Source: Massilibacillus sp. (GTDB taxonomy: Bacteria > Bacillota > Negativicutes > JARBTT01). Taken from it: 59,148 nt of DNA. The translations under genes were made by a program, and so were the position numbers. The notes beneath the pieces were generated by a model that made no database searches, had not been told where the DNA came from, and was given only the letters and a program-made list of their open reading frames with translations. Below are positions 54,122-59,148 of the stretch, piece by piece. The stretch lies in the NCBI GenBank assembly GCA_029240055.1, contig JARBTT010000002.1, positions 1 through 59,148 on the forward strand, written 5' to 3'. Every line of letters starts with the position of its first letter. Positions within the stretch are counted from its first letter, which is position 1.

Positions 54122-54685
54122 TTACTTATTGTCAAAATAGCAAGCTGCCATATCTGCCATTTGTAGAGCTAGGACAAGTTTCCATTTACCCATTGCTGCA
54201 CTTAAAGATTGTCCACCACCATAACTTTTTGCTGCATCATCATAACTTCCCATATGCCAACGAATAGCTGCTATTTCTTCATCTTTTAATTGAATAAACT
54301 TTTGAATAATCATTACTGATTTTTCGCCATGCCCAAAAGGTAGTTGATCGTCAATTTTATAAAAAGGAACCTTCTCCCATACGCCAAACTCATTTTTCTT
54401 ATTACGGAAATCAACTGTATAAAAATTCGCTTTACAAAGGTCGTGAAGTAATCCGCAAATGATTAACGAATCATTGTCAACCTCAATATTAAATGTGCTA
54501 CAAACCTTAACTAAGTTTTCGTAAACTGCCAAACTATGCTCAACTAAGCCGCCTGCATATGCACCGTGATATTGGCTTGAAGCTGGTGCGGTAAAAAAGT
54601 CTGTTTCGTTTTCTATGTAATTTGGAAGTTTTGGAATCCCTCTTCGAACAACCGATAAAAGAAGTTCTAAAAACCGTTGTTTCAT
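54122..54685 (-). CDS. HD-domain phosphohydrolase
   Basis: YHGAYAGGLVEHSL ... CGLLHDLCK. Confidence 0.7.
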   Translation of the reverse strand: MKQRFLELLLSVVRRGIPKLPNYIENETDFFTAPASSQYHGAYAGGLVEHSLAVYENLVKVCSTFNIEVDNDSLIICGLLHDLCKANFYTVDFRNKKNEFGVWEKVPFYKIDDQLPFGHGEKSVMIIQKFIQLKDEEIAAIRWHMGSYDDAAKSYGGGQSLSAAMGKWKLVLALQMADMAACYFDNK

Positions 54686-55614
54686 CTTAACTCACTCCCC
54701 AAGTCAAGCCAGTGAATGGGCTTAGTAATCTTCTTGGTTGAACGGCAATATTCGCACCGTTCGCACCGCATAGGTTCTATTTCTCCGTTTCTTACTGCCA
54801 CAATATGCGGTAATTTAAATTCAATTTCCTGTAGCTTTTCTTTTATGAATCCGTCCAAGTCCATAAAAATTATTTCATGGTCAGGGATTTCTTGCTTGTC
54901 TACCGCCAAAATATAGCAATCAAGATAACGATTATCTTTAACTAATTTAATGAATTTTTCTAGCTGCTTTTCGGTATAAATATTCAATGCATCTTCTAAA
55001 ATTTGCTTGTAATTCTGCCGTAAAATTTCAGCGTAAATTGAGAATTGCAACAAATAATCGAATTTCTGAATGAAAGTTTCTCTTTCTTGAGTTTGTGGAT
55101 TGTAATGTGTTTTGCTTATGTTTTCAGTAGTTTTAATATCGCAAAATCTACACTCTAAAACATTTAAAATATCAACTTGAATTTTAAAATCTACACCGAA
55201 AATTTTACCAACGAATATCTGCTCTTTTTTCCCTTCTCTCATTTTTTCTATTGCGGGATCGTCTTTTAAGCAAGCAATCATTTTATCTGCTTTAACAAAA
55301 TCAGCATACATTCCACCTTTTGGTTTATATATTGCACTAGAATTTTCTTGGCAGAAATTTTTAAAATCCTCTTCGGAACTAGACCATGTATGAATATAAT
55401 TACCAACCAAGAAAGCTAATTTTTCTTTATCTTGCCATTCTCCTTTACGTTTAGCTACTTCCCTAGCTTCACATCCTCCGGCGACTGTATGACCAAATAC
55501 TTCTGTAGCTCCATGTTCTTTATCCCATGCCTTAAAACTTGATGACCCTAGAAATAATGCTTCGGCTTCTGGTGAAAAGTAATTATCTCGTGTTAAAACA
55601 AATGGGTTAGACAT
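54682..55614 (-). CDS. PD-(D/E)XK exonuclease, Cas4/AddB-like with Cys cluster
   Basis: ..QVDIL..CDIKT.. nuclease core. An N-terminal Cys plus C-terminal CERCEYC suggests an Fe-S cluster. Partners the annealing protein. Confidence 0.6.
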   Translation of the reverse strand: MSNPFVLTRDNYFSPEAEALFLGSSSFKAWDKEHGATEVFGHTVAGGCEAREVAKRKGEWQDKEKLAFLVGNYIHTWSSSEEDFKNFCQENSSAIYKPKGGMYADFVKADKMIACLKDDPAIEKMREGKKEQIFVGKIFGVDFKIQVDILNVLECRFCDIKTTENISKTHYNPQTQERETFIQKFDYLLQFSIYAEILRQNYKQILEDALNIYTEKQLEKFIKLVKDNRYLDCYILAVDKQEIPDHEIIFMDLDGFIKEKLQEIEFKLPHIVAVRNGEIEPMRCERCEYCRSTKKITKPIHWLDLGSELR

Positions 55615-55865
55615 TATTTTTCACCTTTTTCTGGTTCATCAAACCAAGTTGCATATGTTCCGTTTTTAAATCTTGCAATTGCATTGCCGTTTTCGTCAAA
55701 CAAATCATAGCCAGTAAAAATACTACTTTCAAATTCCGCACCGATATCTTTTATTTCAGCGATTTGTCTAGCTTTTTCTGTTGCGCCAACCAATTGACCA
55801 ACCTTAAAAATATCACTTCTATTAGAGTGGAAAACAACTAAAGTATTTATCTTTCCAAACGCCAT
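55614..55865 (-). CDS. hypothetical protein
   Basis: 83-aa ORF, coupled on both sides. Confidence 0.55.
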   Translation of the reverse strand: MAFGKINTLVVFHSNRSDIFKVGQLVGATEKARQIAEIKDIGAEFESSIFTGYDLFDENGNAIARFKNGTYATWFDEPEKGEK

Positions 55866-56722
55866 TATTTTTCACCGTCTTTCGCATCAAAATGAGATAC
55901 TTCATTGCTTAGTTTCAAGTCTGGCACTTCTCTTTCAGTTTTTGGTTTAGCGATATTAAAAACATCTTCACGTTTTGCCATCCCATCTTTTAGAGAATTG
56001 AAAACCTTTCCAAGTCTCAACACATCATTTTCGCTAAATGCTGTATCTTCACAACCAATATATTTTTCTAACATTTCTTTAGATACTTGGAACTTTTCAT
56101 CAAAAGCAACAATCATTTTCCGAATACGATCGTTTAGCGGTTCGCTATTACCATTTCTTAATGTAGAACGGCACTGGTCAACCGCAGCATCTACAATATC
56201 ACCCGGGATAATTCCTAAGATGCAAGCCCTTACACGCCTAGAACCGTTATTTGCGACTAATTCATAAATATCTCTAGGGTCATCAAGTGAATTAATTTTA
56301 CCTTTCGCTTTGCGTTCGTGGCGTACTGCAAATACTTTAGTTTGCCGTGTATTAGTTTCCAAATCCCAAGCGTAAGCCATCATTGTACTTTCGCCGTTTC
56401 GCTGTTCTAATTCAACGATTCCATAATCCAAGTTGCCCCAATTTCTAGCTAATGTTTCCGCTAGTCTGATTGATGGACCGATAACCTTTTGACCGCCTCT
56501 AGGGAATTCATATTCAGCCTGTTCAGCTAATGATTTTCTTTTACAAGACTGCATTATGCGTGCATACGCTTCATTTTCATCACGTGGGAATCGTTTAGCT
56601 ACTACCATAGCCGCCTGTACTTCCTGTGCTTGACGACTTATAACCGCTTCTGTATTTACTGGTTTAATAGCGTTGCCAGTATTAAAAGTAGGTTGTTGGT
56701 CTAAAGTTGTTACATTATTCAT
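55865..56722 (-). CDS. putative single-strand annealing recombinase (RecT/ERF/Rad52-like; family not resolved)
   Basis: Sits between the SMC-like ATPase and the exonuclease. ..GPSIRLAETLARNWGN.. core. ATG at 56722 after AAAGGA. Confidence 0.5.
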   Translation of the reverse strand: MNNVTTLDQQPTFNTGNAIKPVNTEAVISRQAQEVQAAMVVAKRFPRDENEAYARIMQSCKRKSLAEQAEYEFPRGGQKVIGPSIRLAETLARNWGNLDYGIVELEQRNGESTMMAYAWDLETNTRQTKVFAVRHERKAKGKINSLDDPRDIYELVANNGSRRVRACILGIIPGDIVDAAVDQCRSTLRNGNSEPLNDRIRKMIVAFDEKFQVSKEMLEKYIGCEDTAFSENDVLRLGKVFNSLKDGMAKREDVFNIAKPKTEREVPDLKLSNEVSHFDAKDGEK

Positions 56723-56903
56723 TGTTAGCACGTCCTTTTAAATAATTAATTCTATTTTTCAACCAAATGCAGTCGTCATTTACGATATTCCAATACATAG
56801 AACCGCACATATTATCACGCATTTTGATTTGCTCTTTAAATTGTTTCTCTAAAACTTCAATGTCTGTACTGTTTACTATTTCGGCTGGTATATGATTTGG
56901 CAT
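56715..56903 (-). CDS. hypothetical protein
   Basis: The MPNHIPAEIV.. start (TAATG overlap) is preferred. Confidence 0.5.
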   Translation of the reverse strand: MPNHIPAEIVNSTDIEVLEKQFKEQIKMRDNMCGSMYWNIVNDDCIWLKNRINYLKGRANNE

Positions 56904-58582
56904 TATTCTAAGCACCCCTTAACTCCATAATGATCTTTATTCCAAGTTCCATTAACAATATTAAAGCTACCATTTTCCATATCTTTAGTAATAGTGACAA
57001 ACGCTTGAATATCGTTATCTTCGCAAATTTTGATAATCTTATTTTGTTCAGATTCATTGAGTTTTTCAAAACCATCGAGGCACATGATGCGTAATTCCCC
57101 AATACGCTGTAATGCAATTTTAAAAGCTGCTTCTAATTTTTCACCATCGGATAGACCATCGAGTAAAGTACCATTAATCCGAATCATGCTATTTTCATCA
57201 ACCGAAATACCATCAATCGGCAATTTATGTTGTTTTAAAAGTTCAGCAGGTTTGTTTCTAGCGGTTGTGACGATGTTTGTTAAGCTATCAGAATATGCTT
57301 TTTTAGTAGCCAGTTTACCATCGCGAATATCAAGCATTCTATCCCATTCACGAAGATAACTTTGCATGTTAGCCACTTTATCGGCTTCGGTTTGTAATGG
57401 CTGAGTATCGGTTTTAACATGTGATTTTAAATATTCAGTAGCTTTGCCAGCTCTTAATTTTTCTTTTTCAATAGCTGATTCCTTCTTGGTATCTTCGGCT
57501 TTCAACTCTTGTTTTTCAAGGTCAGCCAGCGAAGTTATTTCCTGCTCTTTTGCGGCAATCTTTTGATTTTGAAGGTTGATTAATTTCGCCTGTTCTTCAA
57601 CATTTTTATCCATATTTATTTTTTCAAGGTAAAACAATTCTTCGTACTTTTTCTTTATATCTGCAATTTCCTGTTTCATTTGTTTGTCTAATTCAGCATC
57701 TTTTAAATTAAGTTTATCTTCTGCGGATGCAATAATATTTTGAGATGCAGTAATTTTACCTTTTGATAATTCGATAATATCTTTCAAGTCTTGCCGTTGC
57801 TCTGTGAATTTGATTTTAATTTGTGATTTATTATTTTCGGTTGCCGTTTCAATTGATTCAACTTTTTCAGCAATACCAGTAGTCAACCGTTCAGCTTCAT
57901 CAATAAAGTTGTTGGTTTTCTGGGCTTCGGAAACTTTATTGTAATAATCCTGTATTTTCAGCACTTTCCACTCTTCACCATCGTAATTAGGCGGTAATTC
58001 AGATTCAATTCCCTTTACTTGACCTTCTAATAATTTAATTTCACGGTTTGTTTCTTCACGCTGTTTGTAGTTAGCCATTTCAATATCTTTAAGCACCTGC
58101 AATAAATGCTTGTCCGTATTAATTCCGCTTAAAACATCTTGACTGAACCAACCTTTAATTTCTTCATCTGTGTACTGCATTTTAATCATGCCTAAGATAA
58201 TTTCAGTCTGTTTAGCGGCTGGCATATTAATAAAATCAAGTGGTCTAAAAATGTCGCCAGAAATTAGTTTTCTCAATTCTGATTCAGTCGATTTAATTCC
58301 AGTGCCCTGTTGGCGAAGTTTCAAGTAATCTGTTTTGTCTTTGCGAATACGGCGATCAATTTCTAAGCCTGTGTCAGTTTCAATAAATAACGTAGACTCA
58401 CCCTCGCCATGCTTGATTACCTCTGTACGCCTTTTGGTGTTGCTTATAGCGGTTTCGATACCTTCTAGTACGCTTGATTTCCCAGAGCCTTTAACGCCCT
58501 CTAATACTGTCAAGTTACTAGGATTTAGATTAAATTCATCAATCCCTAAAAATTTGCTAATTTTAATTGTTTTTATTTTCAT
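56903..58582 (-). CDS. SMC/Rad50/RecF-like AAA ATPase with long coiled coil
   Basis: Walker A GVKGSGKSS, a central E/K coiled coil and a C-terminal ..MCLDGFEKL.. Walker B/D-loop. ATG at 58582 after AGGAGG. Confidence 0.75.
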   Translation of the reverse strand: MKIKTIKISKFLGIDEFNLNPSNLTVLEGVKGSGKSSVLEGIETAISNTKRRTEVIKHGEGESTLFIETDTGLEIDRRIRKDKTDYLKLRQQGTGIKSTESELRKLISGDIFRPLDFINMPAAKQTEIILGMIKMQYTDEEIKGWFSQDVLSGINTDKHLLQVLKDIEMANYKQREETNREIKLLEGQVKGIESELPPNYDGEEWKVLKIQDYYNKVSEAQKTNNFIDEAERLTTGIAEKVESIETATENNKSQIKIKFTEQRQDLKDIIELSKGKITASQNIIASAEDKLNLKDAELDKQMKQEIADIKKKYEELFYLEKINMDKNVEEQAKLINLQNQKIAAKEQEITSLADLEKQELKAEDTKKESAIEKEKLRAGKATEYLKSHVKTDTQPLQTEADKVANMQSYLREWDRMLDIRDGKLATKKAYSDSLTNIVTTARNKPAELLKQHKLPIDGISVDENSMIRINGTLLDGLSDGEKLEAAFKIALQRIGELRIMCLDGFEKLNESEQNKIIKICEDNDIQAFVTITKDMENGSFNIVNGTWNKDHYGVKGCLE

Positions 58583-58605
58583 AAACATATCCTCCTAAAT
58601 TTTAT

Positions 58606-58827
58606 TTATCTGCTAATTTGCGGTCTTCTGGAACTATCGTGATAGTCGCCATCCATACCGATTATTTTTGCGATTTTTTCTATTGATTTTATTAGTTCAA
58701 AGCTATCTTTGTGTGTTACTAACTCGATTGCAGTATCTAAAAGTTTTTGATTGTCAACAACCATTTTATATGTACCTCCATCCGAAAATAATTTACATCC
58801 ACAAAGGGATTGATAACAATATTCCAT
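58606..58827 (-). CDS. hypothetical protein
   Basis: 73-aa ORF. Confidence 0.5.
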   Translation of the reverse strand: MEYCYQSLCGCKLFSDGGTYKMVVDNQKLLDTAIELVTHKDSFELIKSIEKIAKIIGMDGDYHDSSRRPQISR

Positions 58828-58859
58828 TGACTATGCCTGTTGCTGGTTTTAAATCATTA

Positions 58860-59148
58860 TTATTCATTGCTTCTTACTCTGATCGGGGTTAATATAGCAA
58901 TTATGTTTTTATCTGTAGTAAACTTCATTGGTTTGTCTTTCTCATTGATTCCTAAAGTCAAATGTTGCACGCCAGCATCAATCATAAAAGCTAAAATATC
59001 ATGTAAATACTTTGCGGAAAAACTAATTTTGGGGTGTGATTTATAAATTTTTACGACTGGCAAAATAGCCGTTAATTTTATACTTTCACTATTTACAGAT
59101 AACTCATTCCCAATAAGGCTAACCACATCATAGTCATATCTTCTACCA
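58860..59148 (-). CDS. DNA polymerase III beta sliding-clamp-like protein, C-terminal part (truncated by window edge)
   Basis: The frame is open to the window edge. ISFSAKYLHDILAFM...KPMKFT...IAILTPIRV matches the clamp domain III ending. Confidence 0.6.
   Translation of the reverse strand, partial: GRRYDYDVVSLIGNELSVNSESIKLTAILPVVKIYKSHPKISFSAKYLHDILAFMIDAGVQHLTLGINEKDKPMKFTTDKNIIAILTPIRVRSNE

Overview
The window is almost entirely a tailed-phage or prophage genome of low-GC Firmicutes style. Genes are tightly packed and nearly all sit on the minus strand. Read in the direction of transcription (right to left), the modules are:

- **59.1-45 kb, replication and recombination:** sliding-clamp fragment, SMC-like ATPase, annealing protein, Cas4-like exonuclease, HD hydrolase, replisome organizer, MazG, SSB, resolvases.
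- **44.4 kb:** a RinA-like late regulator.
- **43.3-44.15 kb:** a ~770-nt ORF-free, helix-dense region followed by a tRNA-like element.
- **38-43 kb:** small early genes, with two short plus-strand cassettes that have near-consensus promoters.
- **37 kb:** terS.
- **27.5-36.4 kb, accessory block:** ERCC4 nuclease, metallophosphoesterase, HAD, a DUF5664-like protein, a short tyrosine recombinase, antirepressor, XRE repressor and membrane proteins.
- **27.4-0.1 kb, late operon:** ArpU-like regulator, terL, portal, DUF2213, DUF2184 capsid, neck, major tail, G/GT chaperone, tape measure, GTA/lambda-like tail tip, LamG fibre, holin-like genes, amidase and a permuted NlpC/P60 peptidase.

The two most notable observations:

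1. The 43.39-44.15 kb region is a candidate giant structured ncRNA in the size and context class of GOLLD/ROOL. I could not verify the class.
2. A 1216-nt group I intron splits the tape measure gene. It carries a zinc-ribbon-array/Vsr-like homing endonuclease, and P1, P10 and omega-G pairings define the exact junctions.

All functional calls come from motif recognition by eye. No database search was run. Many ORFs below the 60-aa track cutoff were added by hand translation.
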